DNA of 64,000 bases from Candidatus Latescibacterota bacterium (GTDB lineage Bacteria; Latescibacterota; UBA2968; UBA8231). Positions 28,214 through 37,688 of this stretch are shown here, piece by piece (the stretch's first letter is position 1; every line of letters begins with the position of its first letter). The translations under genes were made by a program, and so were the position numbers. The notes beneath the pieces were generated by a model. It had not been told where the DNA came from, made no database searches, and saw only the letters and a list, made by a program, of their open reading frames with translations. The stretch covers positions 6,848,001 to 6,912,000 of the forward strand of contig OZ242214.1 of NCBI GenBank assembly GCA_965206595.1. Direction: 5' to 3'.

Positions 28214-29242
28214 GTGAAGGCGTTGCATTTGCGGTTCCGAATTATCGGCATACTGGGTATCCCTCTGTTGCTGTCTTGCGGTAACACGCTGGTCGGGCCC
28301 GATCCTGCCGACACGGCGCGAAGCAACTTTCAGATTCTGTGGGAGAATTTCGACCGCTACTATGCCCTGTTCGAATTCAAGAACATCGATTGGAATGCCC
28401 TGTATGCCGTCTATTCGCCGCAGGTTACGGAACGCACGGACGATGGCGCGCTCTTTGACATCATGTCCGCCATGCTTGCTCACCTGAAGGACGGTCACGT
28501 CGATCTAACGACACCGTTCGCGTATTTCAACTCTGCGAATAGAAAGCCCCTGAAGACGCTCGATATGGAGTTGGTTAAACGGGAGTATCTGAATTCGGGA
28601 TTTCAGACGGCGGGGAATGGCAATTTCACATACGGGCAAGTGGCCGCCGAGATAGGCTATATCCACATTGCGTCCTTCAGCAGCAGGGCGCGAAGGCTCT
28701 GGGTGGAGGGAATAGATCCCATTGTGGATCGGTTTTCCGAAAATAAGGGTCTGATTATTGACGTCAGAAACAACCCCGGGGGGGACAGCAGGAATACGGA
28801 GGCAATAGCAGGACGATTTGCAGACCGGAAGCGCGTGTCCTCGCTATTGCAGGTACGCCGCGGACCGGGTCATTCGGACTTCAGCCCGCTTCGGGAATTG
28901 CACGTCGAGCCGGCTGGCGCCAGGCAATTCACCAGTTCCATCGTTGTGCTCACGGATAAAACCGTGGCCAGTTCAGCGGAGTATTTCGTTCTGGCGATGA
29001 AAAGATTCCCGTATACTACAGTTATTGGAGACAGGACGGGTGGCGTGATGGCAAACAACGTCCCGCGGGAACTTCCCAATGGCTGGGTATATCGGATCTC
29101 AATCGGCAAGTGGTTTTCAGCCGATGGCGAATTCTTCGAAGCCGTGGGCATACCTCCGGACATTCCCGTTCACGTCGCCGCTTCTGACGAACCGTTGGAG
29201 AGGGACGTGATTTTGGAGAAAGCGTTAGAACTGCTGAATTAG
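28214..29242 (+). CDS. S41-family peptidase lipoprotein
   Basis: Lipobox LLSC, LKDGHV, IGYIHIASF, IIDVRNNPGG, SSAE, GDRTGG, GIPPDI. Confidence 0.92.
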   Translation: MKALHLRFRIIGILGIPLLLSCGNTLVGPDPADTARSNFQILWENFDRYYALFEFKNIDWNALYAVYSPQVTERTDDGALFDIMSAMLAHLKDGHVDLTTPFAYFNSANRKPLKTLDMELVKREYLNSGFQTAGNGNFTYGQVAAEIGYIHIASFSSRARRLWVEGIDPIVDRFSENKGLIIDVRNNPGGDSRNTEAIAGRFADRKRVSSLLQVRRGPGHSDFSPLRELHVEPAGARQFTSSIVVLTDKTVASSAEYFVLAMKRFPYTTVIGDRTGGVMANNVPRELPNGWVYRISIGKWFSADGEFFEAVGIPPDIPVHVAASDEPLERDVILEKALELLN

Positions 29243-29443
29243 CCATCGTCGGGCGCGCAATTGCCCAGCGGACGGAGAATCAGCGGCAACGAGACGGTTT
29301 GAGGAACACGGATTATGGGGAAACTTTCGATTCTGGATCTGGAGCTTGCTCTATAACTGGGTGGTCGGGTACGGGAGTGTGAAGATTCCCCCACTTTCCG
29401 GATACCTTCCACCCACGGCAGCGCGCCGCATCTCAAGGTACCC

Positions 29444-30823
29444 CTGGACTTTTGCAAACTCCGCTTTTTTACTAAAGTTTCAGGTGTGCGACAATTCGCT
29501 GCTCTGTCCACCCTATTGTGGCTTGGTCCACTACCCACGAGATGGTCTTACTGAGCGTTTCTCGCGACACGGCTCGACAGGCTTCGCCAATGGTCGTCAG
29601 CACGGTGTGAGCCCAGTCACGCGCACGGCCCTGCCGCATCCGTGCCCTGAGCAGACTGTGCGTCAGCATCACGAGGTACCTATGCCGGGTCTGGCCCTCG
29701 CCGCTTTTGTAACTGACCGTCTCCCATGCCCAGATGGTGCTTGCCGTCCCGATGAAAAATCTCGGTGCCCGTCCAGCGTTTGCGATAGACGTTCAGAATA
29801 CGACTGATCTCCCAGTGCACGCGATGGGTCAGTAGAAACTTGACCGCTTCCCTGCCGTTCTTGCGATCCCACAGGATCACCAGGCGAACCCGGTGCTCGA
29901 GCTTGGGCAGACTCAGGGTTTTGGTGAAATACCATTGTTTGCGCTTGCCGATGCTGGCCTGTTTGCGATCCTCGGGTGGGATATTCGCAGCCACTTCGGC
30001 GGCCTTCATCAGGCCGCCCTTGAACTCGACCTTGCGGTTGCTCTTCAGGGCCCCTACGTAGCCGCGCTCATGACTATGGATGTGATCGAGACACTCGACA
30101 CTGCTGAAGTAGCAGTCGAAGGCGAAATCACCCGGGATCTGTCGGCACACGACCCCGTCCACCAGCTCTTTGAACAGCTCGGTATGGCTCTTGAAGGACG
30201 CGTCCGTCTCCCCTTCCCGGCGCTTGCGAAAGCGACGGAATTCCATCGGATAGTATTTCCCCGAGGTGCACACGTAGTTGGCGATGACGTAGTCGTGGGC
30301 AATCCTATGGCGCTGGTCGGAGTGATCCCAGAACCAACCCACGTCCTCGATCTTGTCTCCGCTGTGGCCGACCAAGGTGTTGTCGATGGCGATCACCCCG
30401 CGCCCCGAATAGCGCGTCGAGGGGTGCTCCTGCAACCATTCCAGGCGATGTTTGTTGAGCCATTTCCCGTGCCCACCGCACCTGCGTAATCCAGCGGTTC
30501 AGGCAGGATTGATCGGTGGTCTCGACGAACTCGGCGTTGATCGCCGATACATGTTTGCGTTCGGCCACCATCAACCCGGTCAGATACTCGCCAAAGTGAC
30601 GGCGCTCCGGGGCGTTGGCGAAGAGGCCGCCGAACTCTGCCACCGCGTCTTCAACCACCGTGGGAAAATCAACAATACCTGGCATGAACAACCTCTCACA
30701 TGGCCAGGGGAAACGAAGGCGGGGGATGCCTTCGTCCTACCAAAAATACCAAGTTCCATCGAATTCGCGCTACCCTCTATCCTTGCCGATTATTCAGGAA
30801 TTCTGCCTTTTGCAAAAGTCCAG
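29444..30823 (-). mobile_element. Degenerate IS701-like (DDE) insertion sequence
   Basis: Perfect 15-bp terminal IRs ctggacttttgcaaa (29444-29458) / tttgcaaaagtccag (30809-30823); transposase in three frames (start 30685; IAIDNT, FDCYF, YRKRWTGTEIFHRDGK..LGMG). Confidence 0.85.
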
Positions 30824-31111
30824 ATGCACCTCGCCGGCGCCCTGGCGATGGAGCTGGCCCCGGACAACGTCAGGGTGAACACCGTCTGCCCGGGCTCCAT
30901 CCTTTTCCCCGGGGGCGGCTGGGACCTGATGCAGCGCAGAGAGCCGCAGGAGTTCGGCGACTTCGAGCAACGGGAGTTCCCCGCGGGCCGGCTCGGCCGC
31001 GCCGAGGAGGTCGCCGACGCCGTGGTCTACCTGGCGTCGGAACGGGCGAGCTGGATCAACGGGGCCGCGGTTCCCGTCGACGGTGCCCAGGGACGGCCGT
31101 CGATTTTCTGA
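30824..31111 (+). pseudogene. 3' remnant of an SDR oxidoreductase, truncated at the IS end
   Basis: LAMELAPDNVRVNTVCPG..GRLGRAEEVADAVVYLASERASWINGAAVPVDG begins immediately after the IR. Confidence 0.85.
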
Positions 31112-31234
31112 CGCTCCCGATCCCCTTTCCCTCCGCGGAAAGCACAGAGCAGCCTCTGAGTCTGGCCTCGGGGGTACGGGGGCATTCCGGTTTCCGATCT
31201 CGGTCAGAAAGGTGCCCGTCCATGTCACCCTGTG

Positions 31235-31263
31235 TTGACCCCCAATGGATGCCATCATACTAT
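31235..31263 (+). promoter_or_regulatory. Putative sigma-70 promoter of the TA operon
   Basis: TTGACC-N17-TACTAT, followed by short palindromes (gatc, gatatc) and a GGAGG RBS. Confidence 0.5.
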
Positions 31264-31311
31264 GAGATCATATAGATATCATTTTATCGTGGCATTTGAA
31301 GGAGGTGCTTC

Positions 31312-31584
31312 TTGGCGGATTCCCTGAAGAACATGACCCTTCGTGGAGTGGGTCCCCAGCTCGCAGCCAGGTTGAGAGAGGAGGCCGAGCGGGAGGGCAA
31401 GAGCGTGAACCAGACCGCCTTGGACGCCCTTCGAAAGCAGTTCGGATTGGGCAAGTCCCGGCGGTTCACCGAGGTCCATCGAGACCTGGATCACCTGTTC
31501 GGACGATGGGACGAGGATGAGTTCGCGCGGATCCAGCAGAGCATCGACTCCGGCCGGCGAATCGACCCGGAACTCTGGCGGTGA
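31312..31584 (+). CDS. RHH/Arc-type antitoxin (VapB/FitA-like)
   Basis: MTLRGV..L..EAEREGKSVNQ, DLDHLFGRW, IDPELWR. Confidence 0.8.
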   Translation: MADSLKNMTLRGVGPQLAARLREEAEREGKSVNQTALDALRKQFGLGKSRRFTEVHRDLDHLFGRWDEDEFARIQQSIDSGRRIDPELWR

Positions 31585-31592
31585 ACGAATAG

Positions 31593-32063
31593 GTGAACGA
31601 ATACCTGATCGATACCAATATCTACTCGCACGCCATGCGCGCGGAGCCGGCAGTGGTGTCCCTGCTTCGCCGGGCTTCGCGAATCGCGATCAGCTCGATC
31701 AGCATCGGGGAGTTGCTTTCCGGATTCAAGGGCGGAGCGCGGGAGCGCAAGAACCGCGAGGAACTCGCCGAGTTCCTCGATTCTCCTCGCGTGTCGGTGT
31801 GCGGCGTCAGCGAGGATACAGCCGAGTTCTATGCGGAGATCCTCGACAGGTTGAGAACCGCCGGTACCCCGATCCCGACGAACGACATCTGGATTGCCGC
31901 CCAGGCCATGGAGCAGGGTCTGCGGCTGGTCTCGCTGGACCGCCACTTCGCATCCGTGGCGGGATTGCTTCTGCTCTCACCCGAGGAACCCGGGATCCAG
32001 GCCAAGAGCGAAGAACCTGACGGACAAACCGAAGCCGATTCGGGCACCGGTCCGCCCCGATAG
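31593..32063 (+). CDS. vapC: VapC-family PIN toxin
   Basis: YLIDTN, IGELLSG, GTPIPTNDIWIAA, SLDRHF. Confidence 0.9.
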   Translation: MNEYLIDTNIYSHAMRAEPAVVSLLRRASRIAISSISIGELLSGFKGGARERKNREELAEFLDSPRVSVCGVSEDTAEFYAEILDRLRTAGTPIPTNDIWIAAQAMEQGLRLVSLDRHFASVAGLLLLSPEEPGIQAKSEEPDGQTEADSGTGPPR

Positions 32064-32170
32064 GGTAGCCGCCAATCCAGTTTGAACGACCCGGCTGTGA
32101 CGCCTCCGATCCCCTTTCCCTCCGCCGCGGCCCTATCTACACTTTCCCCCGCTTCTCCGGGAGATACGAC

Positions 32171-33004
32171 ATGATCCGCCTGAACGAACAGCAGCTCAAC
32201 TTCTTCGACACCTTCGGCTATCTGGCCCTGCCCGGGCTGATGGCCGACTGCATCGACGAGATCATCGACGCCTTCGAGGCGGTCTGGGCCGAGCGCGGCG
32301 GGGGCCACGACGGCAGACCGCACGACGGCACACGGCGCTCCTGCATCGTGCCCTTCATCGATCAGCACGAGCGCCTCTGCGCCCTGCTCGACGACCCGCG
32401 CATCGAGGGGCTGCTCGCCAGCCTGCTCGGCGACGATTTCAACTACAGCAGCTCCGACGGCAACTACTACGCCGGCGACACGCAGTGGCACTCCGACGGC
32501 TACCAGAAGGAGGTGCGCCACGTCAAGATCGCCTTCTACCTCGACCGCCTGACCCGCGACACCGGCTGCCTGCGGGTGATCCCGGGCAGCCACCGGCTCG
32601 GCGACCGCTACGCCGGGATGCTCGAGGCGAACGCGCGCAACTCGCAGGAGCAGTGGGGCATCACCGGAGATCAGGTGCCGGCAGTAGCCCTCGAAATCGT
32701 GCCGGGAGACGTCGTCGTCTTCCAGCACAACCTCAAGCACAGCGCCTTCGGCGGCGGCGGCCGCCGCCGCATGTTCACCATCAACTGCATGGTGCACGTC
32801 CCCGAAGAGCGCATCGACCTCGTCAAGAACGACATGGCCGGGCTCGCCCGCTTCTGGATCGAGAGCGCCTACGGCGAGAAGATGCTGGCCACCGCCAGCC
32901 CCCGGCGCATGGTGCACCTCGAGCAGCGGAAGGCCAACGAAGGCCACCTCAAGGAACTGGCAGCGAAGGCGCGGGCCGAAATGGCCGAGCCCTCGCGGGG
33001 ATAG
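32171..33004 (+). CDS. Phytanoyl-CoA dioxygenase family protein
   Basis: FFDTFGYL, WHSD, LRVIPGSH, PGDVVVF.H...H, R. Confidence 0.88.
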   Translation: MIRLNEQQLNFFDTFGYLALPGLMADCIDEIIDAFEAVWAERGGGHDGRPHDGTRRSCIVPFIDQHERLCALLDDPRIEGLLASLLGDDFNYSSSDGNYYAGDTQWHSDGYQKEVRHVKIAFYLDRLTRDTGCLRVIPGSHRLGDRYAGMLEANARNSQEQWGITGDQVPAVALEIVPGDVVVFQHNLKHSAFGGGGRRRMFTINCMVHVPEERIDLVKNDMAGLARFWIESAYGEKMLATASPRRMVHLEQRKANEGHLKELAAKARAEMAEPSRG

Positions 33005-33009
33005 GGATC

Positions 33010-33936
33010 ATGAGCGACAGCTACGAATTCAAGATGGGGATGTACCTCGGCGAGCTGCAGCAGCCGTTCGAGGAATCGCTGGACACGGCGCGCGCCCTCG
33101 AGGCCGGCTACGTCTGGTGCGGCACCCACTCCGACAACCGCGCCATCTACGAGCTGCCCGACGCCGAGATCGACAAGGCGGCAGAGCAGGTCGCCGCGCG
33201 CGGTCTCGAGTTCTTCCTGCTCGACGGGGCCGGGCTGTTCAAGACCGTCCATCTCGCCGAGCTCGAGCCGGGCAAAATGCTGGAGCACGCCCAGTTCAGG
33301 GAGCACTTCGACAAGCTGCAGCGGTCGATGGAAGTCTCCGCCCGCCTGGGGATCGCCGCGGTCGGCTGCAGCAGCTTCGCCTGGCCGGCCGAGTACACCG
33401 GCGGCAAGCCGACCTGGCCGATGCGCTGGGCGACCCGCGGCGGCATCATCTCCGACGGGGACATGGCCAAGCTCGTCGAAGCCTTCTCGATGTTCGCCGA
33501 CCTCGCCGAGAAGCACGAGGTCGACGTCGCCTTCCTGATGATGCAGTGGAACTACGGCAACACCAGCCGCAACTTCCGCCGCATCGTCGAGGCGGTGGGC
33601 TCGAAGCGCATCAAGGTGCTCTGGTGCCCGGCCGACAACTTCAACTGCGGCGAGGTCGACAACGCCAGCGCCGGGTTCGAGAACCTGCGCCCCTACCTGC
33701 ACGGCGTGCACGCCAAGGACCTGCGCACCATCGACGGTTCGAAGCTCGAATTCGAGTACGCCCCGATCGGCGAAGGGGACGTCGACTACCCGACGATCCT
33801 GCGCAACCTGCGCGACAACCGCTGCGACGCCGTCCTGTCGATCGCCACCCACTTCCTGCCGGCAAGCGGCTCGCGGCTCGAGGCGATGCGGACGAACTAC
33901 GCCAACATCCGCAGGCTCATCGGCGAGCTGCCGTAG
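33010..33936 (+). CDS. Sugar phosphate isomerase/epimerase (xylose-isomerase-like TIM barrel)
   Basis: VHAKD, PIGEGDVDY..IL; several canonical acidic metal ligands appear substituted. Confidence 0.75.
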   Translation: MSDSYEFKMGMYLGELQQPFEESLDTARALEAGYVWCGTHSDNRAIYELPDAEIDKAAEQVAARGLEFFLLDGAGLFKTVHLAELEPGKMLEHAQFREHFDKLQRSMEVSARLGIAAVGCSSFAWPAEYTGGKPTWPMRWATRGGIISDGDMAKLVEAFSMFADLAEKHEVDVAFLMMQWNYGNTSRNFRRIVEAVGSKRIKVLWCPADNFNCGEVDNASAGFENLRPYLHGVHAKDLRTIDGSKLEFEYAPIGEGDVDYPTILRNLRDNRCDAVLSIATHFLPASGSRLEAMRTNYANIRRLIGELP

Positions 33937-33944
33937 CTTCCGCC

Positions 33945-34247
33945 TTACTCGGGATCATCATCCCTCATCGCGTGAAGCAGGGATGAGGTATCGTCCAGAT
34001 CGATACCGGGTCGCACGCCCCGCCCTTTGAAGGTCTTCAAGGGAACCCTGTCCAACATCGGCTCCGGTGCCGCTTCCCCGTTGGCGTGCATGTCTGCGAG
34101 GCACTCGCGCACAAGGCGCTGAATGCCGGGCAACGCTGCAGCGGGGGTAGGTGCCAGCCAGCTCAGCGATGGGAATTCAGCGCACAGTCCCACATGTGCG
34201 TTGTCTTCGGCCGACCATGTGGTGCGGTAGGTGTACCGGTCGCTCAT
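33945..34247 (-). CDS. HicB-like antitoxin N-domain fused to a VapB-like tail
   Basis: YTYRTTWSAED..HVGLCAEFPSLSW..P then LKTFKGRGVRPGIDLDDTSSLL. Confidence 0.65.
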   Translation of the reverse strand: MSDRYTYRTTWSAEDNAHVGLCAEFPSLSWLAPTPAAALPGIQRLVRECLADMHANGEAAPEPMLDRVPLKTFKGRGVRPGIDLDDTSSLLHAMRDDDPE

Positions 34248-34359
34248 AGCATGCCTTCCCATTTTGTCGGTTTACCTTGAACAGTCAACTGCCCCGACCT
34301 CGCCGGACGACCTGATTTTGTGATCATATTTCTGCCGTTTGCAAGCGAAAGGAAACAGT

Positions 34360-34755
34360 ATGTCCATCGACCAGATAAACCATTACCAGCGCAAGCTCGC
34401 CTATGAAATGGATTCATGGGACCTCTACGAAGCTTTGGGCAAGAACGAACCCATCACCATCGTCGACGGACGTTCCGCGGAGGCTCATGCCCAGGAGCAT
34501 ATTCCTGGCGCGCTCAACCTGCCCCACAGGGAAATCTGTTTCAATTCCACCGGGTCGCTCGACAAATCCAAAGTCCATATCTGCTACTGCGACGGCATCG
34601 GGTGCAACGCCTCGACGAAGACGGCGCTGAAGCTGCTTACACTGGAGTTTCAGGTGCGCGAGCTGATCGGCGGGCTCGACTGGTGGAAGCGGGACGGCTA
34701 CGCCACCTCAGGCACCAAGGGACAACCCGGGACCGAGATCGAATGCGGATGCTGA
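34360..34755 (+). CDS. Rhodanese-like domain protein
   Basis: IVDGRS..HIPGALN, YCDGIGCNASTK, RELIGGLDWW. Confidence 0.9.
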   Translation: MSIDQINHYQRKLAYEMDSWDLYEALGKNEPITIVDGRSAEAHAQEHIPGALNLPHREICFNSTGSLDKSKVHICYCDGIGCNASTKTALKLLTLEFQVRELIGGLDWWKRDGYATSGTKGQPGTEIECGC

Positions 34756-34793
34756 ACCAGGGTCAACGGATCAATACGATTCGGTGGAGGCTG

Positions 34794-37688
34794 TCATCCG
34801 TTTACATTCCCCACACCATGACCACGTGCTGCTTCTGGTTTCGTCTCGGCGGAGCCTCGGTTGGCACCTATCCCAAGGATCCCAAGGTTAAAGTTCAGCT
34901 CGTCCGCGATGCTCCGGGGCAAGGGGATCGTCTCGGCAGAATCCGGAGTTATCAGACTGGCAACCTGGTCCTGTCCCATCACCACACGGAACCACTGCTC
35001 ACGTTCGGTCATTACTTTGTACTGGCGGTCATCGGCAGCACCCGCCAGGTACGGAAGATACACGGTGATGGGTTCTTGCCCCTCCGCCTTGCAGCCGAGG
35101 CGGTCGACGCGGCCGGTTCTCTGCTCGATGCTGCTAGGGTTCCACGCCAAGTCGTGGTGGATGACATGGCGGCAGTTGCGCTGAAGATCCACTCCTTCTC
35201 CCATCACCTGGCTGCAGACCAAGATGTCCGGGAAGAACGGCGTGTTGAAGGCACGCATGAGTCGTGAACGGGTGTCTCGGTTCGTTAACCCTGTGGCCAT
35301 CTGAACGTTCGCAGTGCCCCCCGTCCTGATAGCGGCCGTGGCGTCCAGATAGTCGTCTCGCTCCTTGGACGAACAGTAGCATGTCAGGAAGTCCACGAAT
35401 TTCTCGAACTTCCTCCGCCAAGTCAGGCTCGATGCGTCTTCTTTGTCGAGCATCCGCTCGACGACCATTTCCGGCTCCCGGGCTTCGTACTCCTCGATGG
35501 GGAAACAGCGGACCAATGTGGTCGGCACTCGAAGATATCGACGCATCACCCCGATTATCCGATCCAAAGTCTGCTGCCGAACACCGGAGACGAACAGATC
35601 ATCGCGACGGCGATCCACGATGGAACGGAGGGCTTTATCGAGTTCCCTGCGGCCCGGGGCCTCACGGTCGTCGAAATACCGGACCCTAATCCTGTTCAAG
35701 ACTTGGGTGACTTCGGTTTCTTCGATGGACTCTCCCGGCTTTGCGAGGCGGCGACGAGCAAGCGCTGCGGTCCGCTTCTCGATCTCTTTTCTGACGTGAA
35801 TGCGAAGGGCGGCACAGGTCTGGCGATAGAAGGCGAACACGAGGACCTTCTCCCCGGCCTCCCATAGATCGACCGTCTTTTGCACGGTAGCCCCGATTTT
35901 TGGGTGAATACACCCGGTGCATTGCTTTAGCGCCGTGTCGAACTCCCGAAGATACCAGCCCGAATGTGTGAGATCCGCGGAACCGGGTTCGTCGTCGGTA
36001 TCATCACGCTCGGGTGCACGCTGTTCCCTGGTGTTGCGAAAGGCTTCGTAGGAAGAGCAAAGGGCCTCCCCCAGCAGATCCTTCCCAGGATTGACTGCAC
36101 TGCGAGCCGCGAGAAAAAAGGGCAGCAGTTGGTCGCTTGGGACCGGAAGGCCCGTAGTGCCGTCTTGCCCGGCGACCGCTGAGCCTTCGATCCTGCGGCG
36201 GCGCTCGATCCCGGTCCCGCTCCAATAGGCGCCCTTGTTGTGGCGGACAATCCATGGACGAAGGGTTTCTTCGGCAGTATCTCGAAGAATGCGCGACGTC
36301 TTGAAGCCTTCGACGACCGCCCGTTGTCGGCTCGTGAGCTCGTCGAGCGGCGAGTTGCAGAGTCGCATCCACCACCTTTCTACCTCCTCCTCCTTGCAGT
36401 CTTCGGGCCGCAGTCGGCTCCAGCGGCGCTGCAGAGCGACTGCGGCCCGCTGGCTGTCGTCGAGGTGCTCGCTAAGTGTCTGGAGACGCTCGATGAACTT
36501 CCCCCGCTCGCCGAGCTGCGCTGGATCCCAGCGGACGTCCGAAAACCTTTCGAGGACGCGAACCAACTCGTGGTGACCAAGCTGAAACGGCGTTGCGGTC
36601 AGGAAGAGCATCCGATCGAAGGCGCCGGCCATGGCACCGTCGCCGGTGCGCAAGTCGCTCTTCGAATCCTGGGACTGAAGTTGCCGGGCGAGCGACGTGC
36701 CGGGATTCTTCAGATGGTGCGCCTCATCCACGACCAGAAGCGGTGAACGCCAGCGCGCCTGGGCCAGGAGATCTTTCCAGAGCATTTCCTCGACCGCCTT
36801 CAAGGCTTTCCGCACGTCGTCGAGGCGTTCCGAGACCCGTTCCGGGCCGCCGGTAGCCCGGAGCGGTATCTGTTTCAACGCCTCGGCGAGAGGCGACAGA
36901 TCGATCCGTTTAAGCTTGAGTGCGCGCGCGACCGACTTCGGCACAGGGTCGTCAGGCAGTTGTCGCCGCTCGTTTCGCACCTCGCTGTTGTAGATCCGTT
37001 TCCACTCGGACGGGTCGGTCTTGAGAAGACTCTTCCACAGTTCATCACCCCAGTCGTGGGCTCGCTCCTCGCCTATCGCCTTCAACAACTCGGCGAGGAA
37101 GCGGTGGATCTGCTGCTTCACCTTGATCAGCTGCCTAGCGCCACCCCGGCCGTGCCGCCTCAACGCCTCGGCGATCAATGCCAGCCGCACCCATTTGTCC
37201 GTCTGGCTACGAGACATGGCTCCTTGTGCCAGCAGGATGAGATGGCAGCGCCGGCGCGGCGGATCGTCGAGGAGACGCATCAGGTCGACGCTGTGCCGAG
37301 CGGTGCCATAGCGCACAGCTTCGGGGGCGGCCAGTTCCCGTGCAGTCGCGATATCGCAACGGACCGGGCGGCGATTCTCGAGGTAGAGTTCGCAGAACGT
37401 CGCCAGGTCCTGTTCCCACTTGTCGATGAGATTCGGGGGAACCATCACGACAACCGGGCCACGCCGATTCCGGACGGCGGTGCTGTACGCGACGGCGAGC
37501 GCGACGAAGGTTTTCCCCATTCCGACTTCGTCAGCGAGGATCACACCTGGTCGGCGGCGCAGCCTTGACAGGATCTCCTTGACCTCTTCACGCTGGCGCT
37601 TCTGGTCCGCCGCGGGGACGCGGTTGTTCATCCGTTTCCCGAGCACGAGCTCAGGTGGAACGGTGTACGAATTGTTCTTTATCGACAT
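34794..37688 (-). CDS. SNF2-like SF2 helicase
   Basis: LADEVGMGKT, VDEAHH, LTATP, HPK, EKVLVF, GEGVDLQ, WNPSSIEQRTGRVDR. Confidence 0.9.
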   Translation of the reverse strand: MSIKNNSYTVPPELVLGKRMNNRVPAADQKRQREEVKEILSRLRRRPGVILADEVGMGKTFVALAVAYSTAVRNRRGPVVVMVPPNLIDKWEQDLATFCELYLENRRPVRCDIATARELAAPEAVRYGTARHSVDLMRLLDDPPRRRCHLILLAQGAMSRSQTDKWVRLALIAEALRRHGRGGARQLIKVKQQIHRFLAELLKAIGEERAHDWGDELWKSLLKTDPSEWKRIYNSEVRNERRQLPDDPVPKSVARALKLKRIDLSPLAEALKQIPLRATGGPERVSERLDDVRKALKAVEEMLWKDLLAQARWRSPLLVVDEAHHLKNPGTSLARQLQSQDSKSDLRTGDGAMAGAFDRMLFLTATPFQLGHHELVRVLERFSDVRWDPAQLGERGKFIERLQTLSEHLDDSQRAAVALQRRWSRLRPEDCKEEEVERWWMRLCNSPLDELTSRQRAVVEGFKTSRILRDTAEETLRPWIVRHNKGAYWSGTGIERRRRIEGSAVAGQDGTTGLPVPSDQLLPFFLAARSAVNPGKDLLGEALCSSYEAFRNTREQRAPERDDTDDEPGSADLTHSGWYLREFDTALKQCTGCIHPKIGATVQKTVDLWEAGEKVLVFAFYRQTCAALRIHVRKEIEKRTAALARRRLAKPGESIEETEVTQVLNRIRVRYFDDREAPGRRELDKALRSIVDRRRDDLFVSGVRQQTLDRIIGVMRRYLRVPTTLVRCFPIEEYEAREPEMVVERMLDKEDASSLTWRRKFEKFVDFLTCYCSSKERDDYLDATAAIRTGGTANVQMATGLTNRDTRSRLMRAFNTPFFPDILVCSQVMGEGVDLQRNCRHVIHHDLAWNPSSIEQRTGRVDRLGCKAEGQEPITVYLPYLAGAADDRQYKVMTEREQWFRVVMGQDQVASLITPDSAETIPLPRSIADELNFNLGILGIGANRGSAETKPEAARGHGVGNVNG

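Larger units (their letters stand above)
31109..32125. repeat. ~28-bp direct repeats flanking the vapBC module
   Basis: tgacgctcccgatcccctttccctccgc (31109-31136) and tgacgcctccgatcccctttccctccgc (32098-32125). Confidence 0.75.
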
